Notes under the pieces: generated by a model
Seen by the model: the letters and a program-made list of their open reading frames with translations, nothing else
The model's database searches: none
What the model was told of the DNA's origin: nothing
Program-made: the position numbers and the translations under genes
From: Eledone cirrhosa
Lineage: Eukaryota
NCBI GenBank assembly: GCA_964016885.1
Contig: CAXHJY010000419.1
Span: forward strand, 2,046 to 66,045
DNA length: 64,000 nucleotides
Direction: 5' to 3'
Part shown: one piece after another, positions 1-33,986 of the stretch
Numbering within the stretch: the stretch's first letter is position 1
Layout of the letters: each line of letters begins with the position of its first letter

Positions 1-3000
1 TAGAATAGGTATATTGTATATCTGGTTTAGAATAGGTATACTGTATATCTGGTTTAGAATAGGTATACTGTATATCTGGTTTAGAATAGGTATACTGTAT
101 ATCTGGTTTAGAATAGGTATATTGTATATCTGGTTTAGAATAGGTATATTGTATATCTGGTTTAGAATAGGTATATTGTATATCTGGTTTAGAATAGGTA
201 TACTGTATATCTGGTTTAGAATAGGTATACTGTATATCTGGTTTAGAATAGGTATATTGTATATCTGGTTTAGAATAGGTATACTGTATATCTGGTTTAG
301 AATAGGTATACTGTATATCTGGTTTAGAATATGTATATTGTATATCTGGTTTAGAATAGGTATATTGTATATCTGGTTTAGAATAGGTATATTGTATATC
401 TGGTTTAGAATAGGTATACTGTATATCTGGTTTAGAATAGGTATATTGTATATCTGGTTTAGAATAGGTATATTGTATATCTGGTTTAGAATAGGTATAC
501 TGTATATCTGGTTTAGAATAGGTATACTGTATATCTGGTTTAGAATAGGTATATTGTATATCTGGTTTAGAATAGGTATACTGTATATCTCGTTTAGAAT
601 AGGTATATTGTATATCTGGTTTAGAATAGGTATACTGTATATCTGGTTTAGAATAGGTATATTGTATATCTGGTTTAGAATAGGTATATTGTATATCTGG
701 TTTAGAATAGGTATACTGTATATCTGGTTTAGAATAGGTATACTGTATATCTGGTTTAGAATAGGTATACTGTATATCTGGTTTAGAATAGGTATACTGT
801 ATATCTGGTTTAGAATAGGTATATTGTATATCTGGTTTAGAATAGGTATACTGTATATCTGGTTTAGAATAGGTATACTGTATATCTGGTTTAGAATAGG
901 TATACTGTATATCTGGTTTAGAATAGGTATAATGTATATCTGGTTTAGAATAGGTATATTGTATATCTGGTTTAGAATAGGTATATTGTATATCTGGTTT
1001 AGAATAGGTATACTGTATATCTGGTTTAGAATAGGTATACTGTATATCTGGTTTAGAATAGGTATATTGTATATCTGGTTTAGAATAGGTATACTGTATA
1101 TCTGGTTTAGAATAGGTATATTGTATATCTGGTTTAGAATAGGTATACTGTATATCTGGTTTAGAATAGGTATACTGTATATCTGGTTTAGAATAGGTAT
1201 ACTGTATATCTGGTTTAGAATAGGTATACTGTATATCTGGTTTAGAATGGGTATACTGTATATCTGGTTTAGAATAGGTATACTGTATATCTTGTTTAGA
1301 ATAGGTATATTGTATATCTGGTTTAGAATAGGTATATTGTATATCTGGTTTAGAATAGGTATACTGTATATCTGGTTTAGAATAGGTATACTGTATATCT
1401 GGTTTAGAATAGGTATGCTGTATATCTGGTTTAGAATAGGTATATTGTATATCTGGTTTAGAATAGGTATATTGTATATCTGGTTTAGAATAGGTATATT
1501 GTATATCTGGTTTAGAATAGGTATACTGTATATCTGGTTTAGAATAGGTATACTGTATATCTGGTTTAGAATAGGTATATTGTATATCTGGTTTAGAATA
1601 GGTATACTGTATATCTGGTTTAGAAGAGGTATATTGTATATCTGGTTTAGAATAGGTATATTGTATATCTGGTTTAGAATAGGTATACTGTATATCTGGT
1701 TTAGAATAGGTATATTGTATATCTGGTTTAGAATAGGTATATTGTATATCTGGTTTAGAATAGGTATACTGTATATCTGGTTTAGAATAGGTATACTGTA
1801 TATCTGGTTTAGAATAGGTATATTGTATATCTGGTTTAGAATAGGTATAGTGTATATCTGGTTTAGAAGAGGTATATTGTATATCTGGTTTAGAATAGGT
1901 ATATTGTATATCTGGTTTAGAATAGGTATACTGTATATCGGGTTTAGAATAGGTATATTGTATATCTGGTTTAGAATAGGTATACTGTATATCTGGTTTA
2001 GAATAGGTATACTGTATATCTGGTTTAGAATAGGTATACTGTATATCTGGTTTAGAATAGGTATACTGTATATCGGGTTTAGAATAGGTATATTGTATAT
2101 CTGGTTTAGAATAGGTATACTGTATATCTGGTTTAGAATAGGTATATTGTATATCTGGTTTAGAATAGGTATACTGTATATCTGGTTTAGAATAGGTATA
2201 CTGTATATCTGGTTTAGAATAGGTATATTGTATATCTGGTTTAGAATAGGTATACTGTATATCGGGTTTAGAATAGGTATACTGTATATCTGGTTTAGAA
2301 TAGGTATATTGTATATCTGGTTTAGAATAGGTATATTGTATATCTGGTTTAGAATAGGTATATTGTATATCTGGTTTAGAATAGGTATACTGTATATCTG
2401 GTTTAGAATAGGTATACTGTATATCTGGTTTAGAATAGGTATATTGTATATCTGGTTTAGAATAGGTATACTGTATATCTGGTTTAGAAGAGGTATATTG
2501 TATATCTGGTTTAGAATAGGTATATTGTATATCTGGTTTAGAATAGGTATACTGTATATCGGGTTTAGAATAGGTATATTGTATATCTGGTTTAGAATAG
2601 GTATACTGTATATCTGGTTTAGAATAGGTATACTGTATATCTGGTTTAGAATAGGTATACTGTATATCTGGTTTAGAATAGGTATACTGTATATCGGGTT
2701 TAGAATAGGTATATTGTATATCTGGTTTAGAATAGGTATACTGTATATCTGGTTTAGAATAGGTATATTGTATATCTGGTTTAGAATAGGTATACTGTAT
2801 ATCTGGTTTAGAATAGGTATACTGTATATCTGGTTTAGAATAGGTATATTGTATATCTGGTTTAGAATAGGTATACTGTATATCGGGTTTAGAATAGGTA
2901 TACTGTATATCTGGTTTAGAATAGGTATATTGTATATCTGGTTTAGAATAGGTATATTGTATATCTGGTTAAGAATAGGTATATTGTATATCTGGTTTAG

Positions 3001-6000
3001 AATAGGTATATTGTATATCTGGTTTAGAATAGGTATACTGTATATCTGGTTTAGAATAGGTATATTGTATATCTGGTTTAGAATAGGTATACTGTATATC
3101 TGGTTTAGAATAGGTATACTGTATATCTGGTTTAGAATAGGTATACTGTATATCTGGTTTAGAATAGGTACATTGTATATCTGGTTTAGAATAGGTATAT
3201 TGTATATCTGGTTTAGAAGAGGTATACTGTATATCTGGTTTAGAATAGGTATACTGTATATCTGGTTTAGAACAGGTATATTGTATATCTGGTTTAGAAT
3301 AGGTATATTGTATATCTGGTTTAGAATAGGTATATTGTATATCTGGTTTAGAATAGGTATATTGTATATCTGGTTTAGAACAGGTATATTGTATATCTGG
3401 TTTAGAATAGGTATACTGTATATCTGGTTTAGAATAGGTATATTGTATATCTGGTTTAGAATAGGTATACTGTATATCTGGTTTAGAATAGGTATATTGT
3501 ATATCTGGTTTAGAATAGGTATATTGTATATCTGGTTTAGAATAGGTATACTGTATATCGGGTTTAGAATAGGTATATTGTATATCTGGTTTAGAATAGG
3601 TATACTGTATATCTGGTTTAGAATAGGTATACTGTATATCTGGTTTAGAATAGGTATACTGTATATCTGGTTTAGAATAGGTATACTGTATATCGGGTTT
3701 AGAATAGGTATACTGTATATCTGGTTTAGAATAGGTATACTGTATATCTGGTTTAGAATAGGTATATTGTATATCTGGTTTAGAATAGGTATACTGTATA
3801 TCTGGTTTAGAATATGTATACTGTATATCTGGTTTAGAATAGGTATACTGTATATCTGGTTTAGAATAGGTATACTGTATATCTGGTTTAGAATAGGTAT
3901 ACTGTGTATCTGGTTTAGAATAGGTATATTGTATATCTGGTTTAGAATAGGTATATTGTATATCTGGTTAAGAATAGGTATATTGTATATCTGGTTTAGA
4001 ATAGGTATATTGTATATCTGGTTTAGAATAGGTATACTGTATATCTGGTTTAGAATAGGTATATTGTATATCTGGTTTAGAATAGGTATACTGTATATCT
4101 GGTTTAGAATAGGTACATCGTATATCTGGTTTAGAATAGGTATATTGTATATCTGGTTTAGAAGAGGTATACTGTATATCTGGTTTAGAATAGGTATACT
4201 GTATATCTGGTTTAGAATAGGTATATTGTATATCTGGTTTAGAATAGGTATATTGTATATCTGGTTTAGAATAGGTATATTGTATATCTGGTTTAGAATA
4301 GGTATATTGTATATCTGGTTTAGAATAGGTATATTGTATATCTGGTTTAGAATAGGTATATTGTATATCTGGTTTAGAATAGGTATACTGTATATCTGGT
4401 TTAGAATATGTATATTGTATATCTGGTTTAGAATAGGTATATTGTATATCTGGTTTAGAATAGGTATACTGTATATCTGGTTTAGAATAGGTATACTGTA
4501 TATCTGGTTTAGAATAGGTATACTGTATATCTGGTTTAGAATAGGTATATTGTATATCTGGTTTAGAATAGGTATACTGTATATCTGGTTTAGAATAGGT
4601 ATACTGTATATCTGGTTTAGAATAGGTATACTGTATATCTGGTTTAGAATAGGTATATTGTATATCTGGTTTAGAATAGGTATATTGTATATCTGGTTTA
4701 GAATAGGTATATTGTATATCTGGTTTCGAATAGGTATACTGTATATCTGGTTTAGAATAGGTATATTGTATATCTGGTTTAGAATAGGTATACTGTATAT
4801 CTGGTTTAGAATAGGTATACTGTATATCTGGTTTAGAATAGGTATATTGTATATCTGGTTTAGAATAGGTATATTGTATATCTGGTTTAGAATAGGTATA
4901 TTGTATATCTGGTTTAGAATAGGTATACTGTATATCTGGTTTAGAATAGGTATATTGTATATCTGGTTTAGAATAGGTATATTGTATATCTGGTTTAGAA
5001 TAGGTATACTGTATATCTGGTTTAGAATAGGTATACTGTATATCTGGTTTAGAATAGGTATATTGTATATCTGGTTTAGAATAGGTGTACTGTATATCTC
5101 GTTTAGAATAGGTATACTGTATATCTGGTTTAGAATAGGTATATTGTATATCTGGTTTAGAATAGGTATATTGTATATCTGGTTTAGAATAGGTATATTG
5201 TATATCTGGTTTAGAATAGGTATACTGTATATCTGGTTTAGAATAGGTATATTGTATATCTGGTTTAGAATAGGTATATTGTATATCTGGTTTAGAATAG
5301 GTATACTGTATATCTGGTTTAGAATAGGTATACTGTATATCTGGTTTAGAATAGGTATATTGTATATCTGGTTTAGAATAGGTGTACTGTATATCTCGTT
5401 TAGAATAGGTATACTGTATATCTGGTTTAGAATAGGTATATTGTATATCTGGTTTAGAATAGGTATATTGTATATCTGGTTTAGAATAGGTATACTGTAT
5501 ATCTGGTTTAGAATAGGTATACTGTATATCTGGTTTAGAATAGGTATACTGTATATCTGGTTTAGAATAGGTATACTGTATATCTGGTTTAGAATAGGTA
5601 TATTGTATATCTGGTTTAGAATAGGTATATTGTATATCTGGTTTAGAATAGGTATATTGTATATCTGGTTTAGAATAGGTATACTGTATATCTGGTTTAG
5701 AATAGGTATACTGTATATCTGGTTTAGAATAGGTATATTGTATATCTGGTTTAGAATAGGTATACTGTATATCTGGTTTAGAATAGGTATATTGTATATC
5801 TGGTTTAGAATAGGTATATTGTATATCTGGTTTAGAATAGGTATACTGTATATCTGGTTTAGAATAGGTATACTGTATATCTGGTTTAGAATAGGTATAC
5901 TGTATATCTGGTTTAGAATAGGTATACTGTATATCTGGTTTAGAATAGGTATACTGTATATCTGGTTTAGAATAGGTATACTGTATATCTGGTTTAGAAT

Positions 6001-8550
6001 AGGTATATTGTATATCTGGTTTAGAATAGGTATATTGTATATCTGGTTTAGAATAGGTATACTGTATATCTGGTTTAGAATAGGTATACTGTATATCTGG
6101 TTTAGAATAGGTATGCTGTATATCTGGTTTAGAATAGGTATATTGTATATCTGGTTTAGAATAGGTATATTGTATATCTGGTTTAGAATAGGTATATTGT
6201 ATATCTGGTTTAGAATAGGTATACTGTATATCTGGTTTAGAATAGGTAAACTGTATATCTGGTTTAGAATAGGTACATTGTATATCTGGTTTAGAATAGG
6301 TATACTGTATATCTGGTTTAGAAGAGGTATATTGTATATCTGGTTTAGAATAGGTATATTGTATATCTGGTTTAGAATAGGTATATTGTATATCTGGTTT
6401 AGAATAGGTATACTGTATATCTGGTTTAGAATAGGTATATTGTATATCTGGTTTAGAAGAGGTATACTGTATATCGGGTTTAGAATAGGTATACTGTATA
6501 TCTGGTTTAGAATAGGTATACTGTATATCTGGTTTAGAATAGGTATACTGTATATCTGGTTTAGAATAGGTATATTGTATATCTGGTTTAGAATAGGTAT
6601 ATTGTATATCTGGTTTAGAATAGGTATATTGTATATCTGGTTTAGAATAGGTATACTGTATATCTGGTTTAGAATAGGTATATTGTATATCTGGTTTAGA
6701 ATAGGTATATTGTATATCTGGTTTAGAATAGGTATACTGTATATCTGGTTTAGAATAGGTATACTGTATATCTGGTTTAGAATAGGTATATTGTATATCT
6801 GGTTTAGAATAGGTATACTGTATATCTGGTTTAGAATAGGTATACTGTATATCTGGTTTAGAATAGGTATACTGTATATCTGGTTTAGAATAGGTATATT
6901 GTATATCTGGTTTAGAATAGGTATATTGTATATCTGGTTTAGAATAGGTATACTGTATATCTGGTTTAGAATAGGTATACTGTATATCTGGTTTAGAATA
7001 GGTACATCGTATATCTGGTTTAGAATAGGTATATTGTATATCTGGTTTAGAAGAGGTATACTGTATATCTGGTTTAGAATAGGTATACTGTATATCTGGT
7101 TTAGAATAGGTATATTGTATATCTGGTTTAGAATAGGTATATTGTATATCTGGTTTAGAATAGGTATATTGTATATCTGGTTTAGAATAGGTATACTGTA
7201 TATCTGGTTTAGAATAGGTATATTGTATATCTGGTTTAGAATAGGTATATTGTATATCTGGTTTAGAAGAGGTATATTGTATATCTGGTTTAGAATAGGT
7301 ATATTGTATATCTGGTTTAGAATAGGTATACTGTATATCTGGTTTAGAATAGGTATACTGTATATCTGGTTTAGAATAGGTATACTATATATCTGGTTTA
7401 GAATAGGTATATTGTATATCTGGTTTAGAATAGGTATACTGTATATCGGGTTTAGAATAGGTATACTGTATATCTGGTTTAGAATAGGTATATTGTATAT
7501 CTGGTTTAGAATAGGTATATTGTATATCTGGTTTAGAATAGGTATACTGTATATCTGGTTTAGAATAGGTATACTGTATATCTGGTTTAGAATAGGTATA
7601 CTGTATATCTGGTTTAGAATAGGTATATTGTATATCTGGTTTAGAATAGGTATACTGTATATCTGGTTTAGAAGAGGTATACTGTATATCTGGTTTAGAA
7701 TAGGTATACTGTATATCTGGTTTAGAATAGGTATACTGTATATCGGGTTTAGAATAGGTATACTGTATATCGGGTTTAGAATAGGTATATTGTATATCTG
7801 GTTTAGAATAGGTATACTGTATATCTGGTTTAGAATAGGTATACTGTATATCTGGTTTAGAATAGGTATACTGTATATCTGGTTTAGAATAGGTATACTG
7901 TATATCGGGTTTAGAATAGGTATACTGTATATCGGGTTTAGAATAGGTATACTGTATATCGGGTTTAGAATAGGTATATTGTATATCTGGTTTAGAATAG
8001 GTATACTGTATATCTGGTTTAGAATAGGTATACTGTATATCTGGTTTAGAATAGGTATACTGTATATCTGGTTTAGAATAGGTATACTGTATATCGGGTT
8101 TAGAATAGGTATATTGTATATCTGGTTTAGAATAGGTATACTGTATATCTGGTTTAGAATAGGTATATTGTATATCTGGTTTAGAATAGGTATACTGTAT
8201 ATCTGGTTTAGAATAGGTATATTGTATATCTGGTTTAGAATAGGTATACTGTATATCTGGTTTAGAATAGGTACACTGTATATCTGGTTTAGAATAGGTA
8301 TATTGTATATCTGGTTTAGAATAGGTATACTGTATATCTGGTTTAGAATAGGTATATTGTATATCTGGTTTAAAATAGGTATACTGTATATCTGGTTTAG
8401 AATAGGTATACTGTATATCTGGTTTAGAATAGGTATATTGTATATCTGGTTTAAAATAGGTATACTGTATATCTGGTTTAGAATAGGTATATTGTATATC
8501 TGGTTTAGAATAGGTATACTGTTTATATGAAGTAGAATAAGTATACTGTA
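1..8550. repeat. 27-bp tandem satellite (GGTTTAGAATAGGTATA[C/T]TGTATATCT), about 315 copies in window, inside a CYFIP intron
   Basis: Directly visible periodicity, substitutions only, decays at about 8520-8550. Confidence 0.99.
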
Positions 8551-8564
8551 TAAGGATTAACTCA

Positions 8565-28249
<19,685 letters not shown>

Positions 28250-30328
28250 CTAAGCGCGCCTCCTCACTCACACGTGATGCTGCTGCTTCCTGAAAGACAC
28301 ACACAAGACACCCTTATTTTCTCAACAATTACATCGTAGAAGGGTCACTTTAGTCAGAAAAGAAAGCACTAAAAAAACTGATATCCCTTTTTTTATACTA
28401 AACCACCTGAAACCTCCTCTGGTTTTATGATGCAAAACTGTTTTGTTTTAAAGTATTTGTTATATTCATCTAAAAATTTTCTATTAAAATTTTGTGTAAG
28501 AACCTTGGTTAAGTTATGTTCCAAACACCATTTTATTAATGAGAAAGTTATATTACATAATCTACCAAATTCTCAATTATTTGAAAATTATATATATGAC
28601 AAAAAGCACCCAGCCCACAATGTAAGAGGTCGTAGAAACCAAGCCACTGTCACAACTTGCCTCAAATGGGACAGCTCATCTAACCCATGCTAGCATGGAA
28701 AATAGAACTTAAATGATTCATCATTATCATCATCGTCATGCTAGCATGGGTTTAGACGGGAATTGTCCCACTTGAGGCAAGATTGGTCGGGAGACCGTGT
28801 CTCGCTCGTATAGGACTGTCTGGCAGGTTTTCTACGGCTGGATGCCCTTCTTAACACCAACCACATGTGTGTGTGTATATATATACACATATATTTTATG
28901 AATAATTAAAATGTTAGGTGATGGTTTGAAAATTGAAAATACGTGAATATCAAATGCAGAAAATAACTGTAACAATTAACCTCTATAAATAATATCTTAG
29001 AAAATTGGGCCACCACCCACTACAGAGAATCAAACTCCGTATCTCTCAAATAATTACATGACATATATAATCATTTATTTATTTATAGTTATCTATATAA
29101 TGATTCAAATATTTAACTTATTTAGAGAAAACCTTTTTTTGTAAAATTTCCACTCCACACTTCATTTTCAGTCTCACATTATTACTTTCTTTTTTAGTGA
29201 TAACACACAAAACAAGATGATGTAGGACAGAACAAAGGAGAGACACAAAATGACAAATTAGTCACCGAGGAGGTCGCAGAATGTGTGACGAAAGAGCTTT
29301 GACAATAAATAAACAACCATCCGGATATTAGACCAACCAACTGGAAATTTATAATAAATTGAAGTGAAAACCAACAGGTGCATGTGTTTTTATTGGCAGC
29401 ATGACCCTCCCAAAGTATAACAATATCTGTTTCAACACACATTTTCAGATAAGAAATCTTGCAAAAGAAATATAAAAATGAAATACATATATTGCAAATA
29501 TACAAATGAGAAATTTGATGATTTTGATTTTATTTTAAGTAAATAACTATTTATATTTATTATATTATATTCATTTCATTATTGTGTATAACCACCATCA
29601 AATTATAATCACTTTACCTATGTAATATTAACTACACTGGAAAATGTAAATATAGTTCCCAAATTACTCGGCATATGAAATGAAATTTACAGCTCATACA
29701 TACCTACGCAGGCTGAGCTGGCCTCCTTCCAAGTAGCATCTGATAGGAATATTTGTTTTATTTGGGAGAAGGGGGGGGGGGGATTTAATGATCAGGACCA
29801 TAGTTCTATAAAGGAAATGAAGTATCTTGCTCAAGAACACAATGCACCAACAGGTCCAGGAATCAAACTCATGACCCTATAACCATGAGTCCAGCATCCT
29901 AACCACTAGGTTACACATCTTCACTGTCATATGATAGGTGAAACTAGTAAATAAATAAATAAAAATAGGCAATGACAGTGCCCAAACATGGCCTCAGTCT
30001 GTGGGCTAGAAGACGTAATAGGATAATAGAGTGTTTCCCAGGCAAAAATAAAGTATTTTAAACTGTTTAGAAACAGTCTTTAGTTAAGACTAGACAGAAC
30101 AAAATGGTTTGTTTTCTACTTAGTTTTTCATCTTCACTAATACATGAAGACAAGACATAGCTGTTGTAATTTCCACTAGTTAGTATTAAGTAAAACAACT
30201 TAGTAGCAGTAATAATAATAGTACTGTGTGGTAGTGTTTCATTATTGGTATGTCAATTGACCCATTTTCACTATGTTAAAATATAGTTGTACTGCAGCAA
30301 TAATACGACACGCTCATATATATATATA

Positions 30329-30407
30329 CAGAATGTCTCCCAAAAATGTATACACACTTTAACAGCATTCTAATAAACATGTGTTTACATTTTTTTGTGA
30401 CACCCTG
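30329..30407. mobile_element. Tc1/mariner-type MITE of about 80 bp in a TA tract
   Basis: Ends ...gacaccctg|ta; reverse-orientation relative of 54223-54301. Confidence 0.75.
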
Positions 30408-32659
30408 TATATATATATATATATGTGGTTGGCGTTAAGAAAGGCATCCAGCCATAGAAACCAAACCAGAATCAGTTCTGTATGAGCAAGACATGGTCAT
30501 CTGATCTGACTTGTCACAATGAGACAACTCATCTAATCCATATATATATATATTTTAATGAGGTAAAGGTCTGACCATGAGCTCTGCAGTTTCAGTTTGT
30601 CATCTCCGCAAACTTGAATAGATAGAGGAAGGAAAAAAAACCAACCGAGACGCCTAGTGGTTTTGGCTGTATTCAGCAAGACTTTTCAATGGTTTTTATC
30701 TTCCCATTTACTCACTCTGCTTATTCCCATTCCTAGAACACTTCCTTGATTTGTGGTCTTCAAAATAGGGGGTTACACAGGACAAAGACAATGGAAAAAT
30801 AATGGAAAAACAGATAGTCCCATCTCCTCAGCCAATCTCTGGAAATCACAATAGTTTCAGTACATTAAGGCAGATACCATTCATTCCAGTGTACATTAAG
30901 GCAGATACCATTCATTCCAGTGTACATTGGGACATAACAAAACAGCTAGATACAAAGACAGGACAATTTAAACATTTTGGTGAATTACACAAAGATACAT
31001 GACAAAGTATCCCAAGTGTGTCAACTGACAAAGAAAGGAGAGAACGGTGTGCGAGGGCTTAGACAAAGGAGAAAAAATATACAAAAGAGAGAAATAGAAA
31101 AACAAGAGAATAATATGGACTGCAGTCCAATGTGCAGACAAAGAAAAATGAAACAGAAGTAGAAAAGGTAAGAAAGGAGAATAGAGGAAGACAGACTGGG
31201 CTGTAGTCTGCGGGAGATTCTTCCTATTTTCATTAGAAGCGGTGGATTGCCGTGACCTGCTGGATAGCTAACACTGCATGGACCTATCGTATGATTCAGG
31301 CAGCCTGCTGAAGACATGTAATAGCCCAATTATGTAAATATTTTACGTGATTTTCTGAATATTGCAGACGTAATATCTGCATTTGTAAAGTTATATTACA
31401 AAGAAACGATCATCCAGGAAATGAGATATTTACATCTATCTCTACCTAAACACAACCAGTGTATCTAGTTAACTGAATGTGTGCACTCTGAACAGTTGAT
31501 TGCAGCTATATTACTGCAATTCGCCAGATTCATTGAGTAAGGTAGACGTTGGCTGGAGGACGCTGAATTTATACCAACGATCTTCATTACTTTTATTATA
31601 TATATATCGCATACCACTCTGATTTGTGGTTTTCCCACATATATATATATATATACATATATATATATCCGTGTGTGTGCGTGTGTATATACACACATAC
31701 AAACACAAAATCGCCACTCCTAACTAAATGACCAAGTTCCGTTCCACTGATATTGTCACAAAGTTAACCAGTCAGTAAATGAATTCTTGAGTTATCAAAT
31801 AAGTTCTAATCCACCAATCCAATGAGCGAGTCACAAAACATCTTCAGATATTGTTTTACTGTTACACAACAGATGATACAGTCCAAGAGAATAAGAAATA
31901 TTACCAAATATCAGTGGAAGCACTAACATAGTAACTGTGAATTTGTTTTGTTTTACAAAGCTCTTACAAAAATTAAAACAAAAGGGTCTTCAAGTGAGAA
32001 ATTGGTGTGTGTGTGTATATATATTCACTGAGATGGGTTTGGTGCAGTCAACTGGCCTGTCCCCCTCATAATGGTGCCATCCTGTTCCACACTGTAAATG
32101 TGGTTGGTGTCAGGAAGGGCATCCAACTGTAAAAACACAGCCAAATTTAGAGTCCTCGTTGGAACAAGGTATGACGAGGCCAGATTTGGCCAGATTTGTC
32201 TCCCAACATGGCGATCCGTCTAACCCATGCAAGCGTGGAAAATGGACACTAAACAATGATGATGATATATATGTATATATATGTTCATCAACATGATAAA
32301 CACAAACAGTGTACTATGTAATGCGGTTAGTAATAGGAAGGGCATCCAGCAATAGAAAACCAGACAAACAAAGGGTTGAGATGACCCTTCCGCTGTGTCA
32401 ATAACATGACAACCTTCCTAGTGATGGTGCCACAATAAAATGCACTCGACAGCAAATGAGAACTTATGTAAGTGAGAGGTGAGCTCTCTCTCTCTCTCTG
32501 GTCTGTTTGATACTTGCTTGGTAGGACACAAAAAAGTATCTAAGCGAGATGTAAGCTTCTGACACACTTGAGAAGTTGGCAGCTCTGCTTGAGTACTGGC
32601 TTTGTCTGTGAAGGTTCATCCAACTTACAGTAGCAGGGAAGAACTTTAAATGATGGTGA

Positions 32660-32715
32660 TTATATATATAATTTATATATATAATATATATAAATATTAT
32701 ATATATAATATATAT

Positions 32716-32757
<42 letters not shown>

Positions 32758-32830
32758 TTATATATATAATATATATATATATATAATTTATATATATAAT
32801 ATATATAAATATTATATATATAATATATAT

Positions 32831-32862
<32 letters not shown>

Positions 32863-33362
32863 AATATTATATATATAATATATATATATATAATTTATAT
32901 ATATAATTTATATATATAATATATATAAATATTATATATATAATATATATATATATAATTTATATATATAATATATATAAATATTATATATATAATATAT
33001 ATATATATAATTTATATATATAATATATATAAATATTATATATATAATATATATATATATAATTTATATATATAATATATATAAATATTATATATATAAT
33101 ATATATATATATAATATATATAAATATTATATATATAATATATATATATATAATATATATAAATATTATATATATAATATATATATATATAATTTATATA
33201 TATAATATATATAAATATTATATATATAATATATATATATATAATATATATAAATATTATATATATAATATATATATATATAATTTATATATATAATATA
33301 TATAAATATTATATATATAATATATATATATATAATTTATATATATATATATATATATATAT
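32660..33362. repeat. AT-only compound microsatellite with recurring aaatatt/aattt interruptions
   Basis: About 700 nt with no G or C. Confidence 0.97.
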
Positions 33363-33475
33363 AGGAACCAGTAAGACCCCGACAGCTGAGCTCAAGCCGT
33401 TTCGACGGCTAATTCCCCCAGAATTAGCCGTCGAAACGGCTTGAGCTCAGCTGTCGGGGTCTTACTGTTTCCTAT
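33361..33475. repeat. Near-perfect 55-bp inverted repeat containing a hammerhead 3' half
   Basis: Arms 33361-33415 and 33421-33475, one mismatch, loop CCCCA. Confidence 0.9.
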
Positions 33476-33591
33476 TACCCACTCTACTACCTCAAGTATT
33501 GAGTACTTTGGTGCGTTATGGTCCACCTGGTTCCTTACCACATTTCCTTCGTTATATATATATATATATATATAATATATATATATAATAT

Positions 33592-33640
<49 letters not shown>

Positions 33641-33952
33641 TATATAATATATATATCATCATCATCATCATCACCGTTTTACGTCCGTTCTTCCACGCTA
33701 GCATGGGTTAGACGGGTTGTCCTGTTGTGGGCAGTGTCTGGTCGGCTGACCATGCCTTGCTCATACAGGAACTGATCTGGCTTGATTTCTACAGCTGGAT
33801 GCCCTTCCTAACACCAACCTCATTTACAGTGAGTGCTGGGTGCTTTTTCGTGGCGCCTACACGTATAATATATATATATATATATTATATATATATTATA
33901 CATATAATATATATATATAATATATAATATATATATATAATATATATATATA

Positions 33953-33986
<34 letters not shown>

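Noticed and set aside
14-8530. 2838-aa ORF (YIWFRIGIL)n as a real protein
   Set aside because: It is the translation of a 27-bp satellite, antisense within a CYFIP intron, with no unique sequence.
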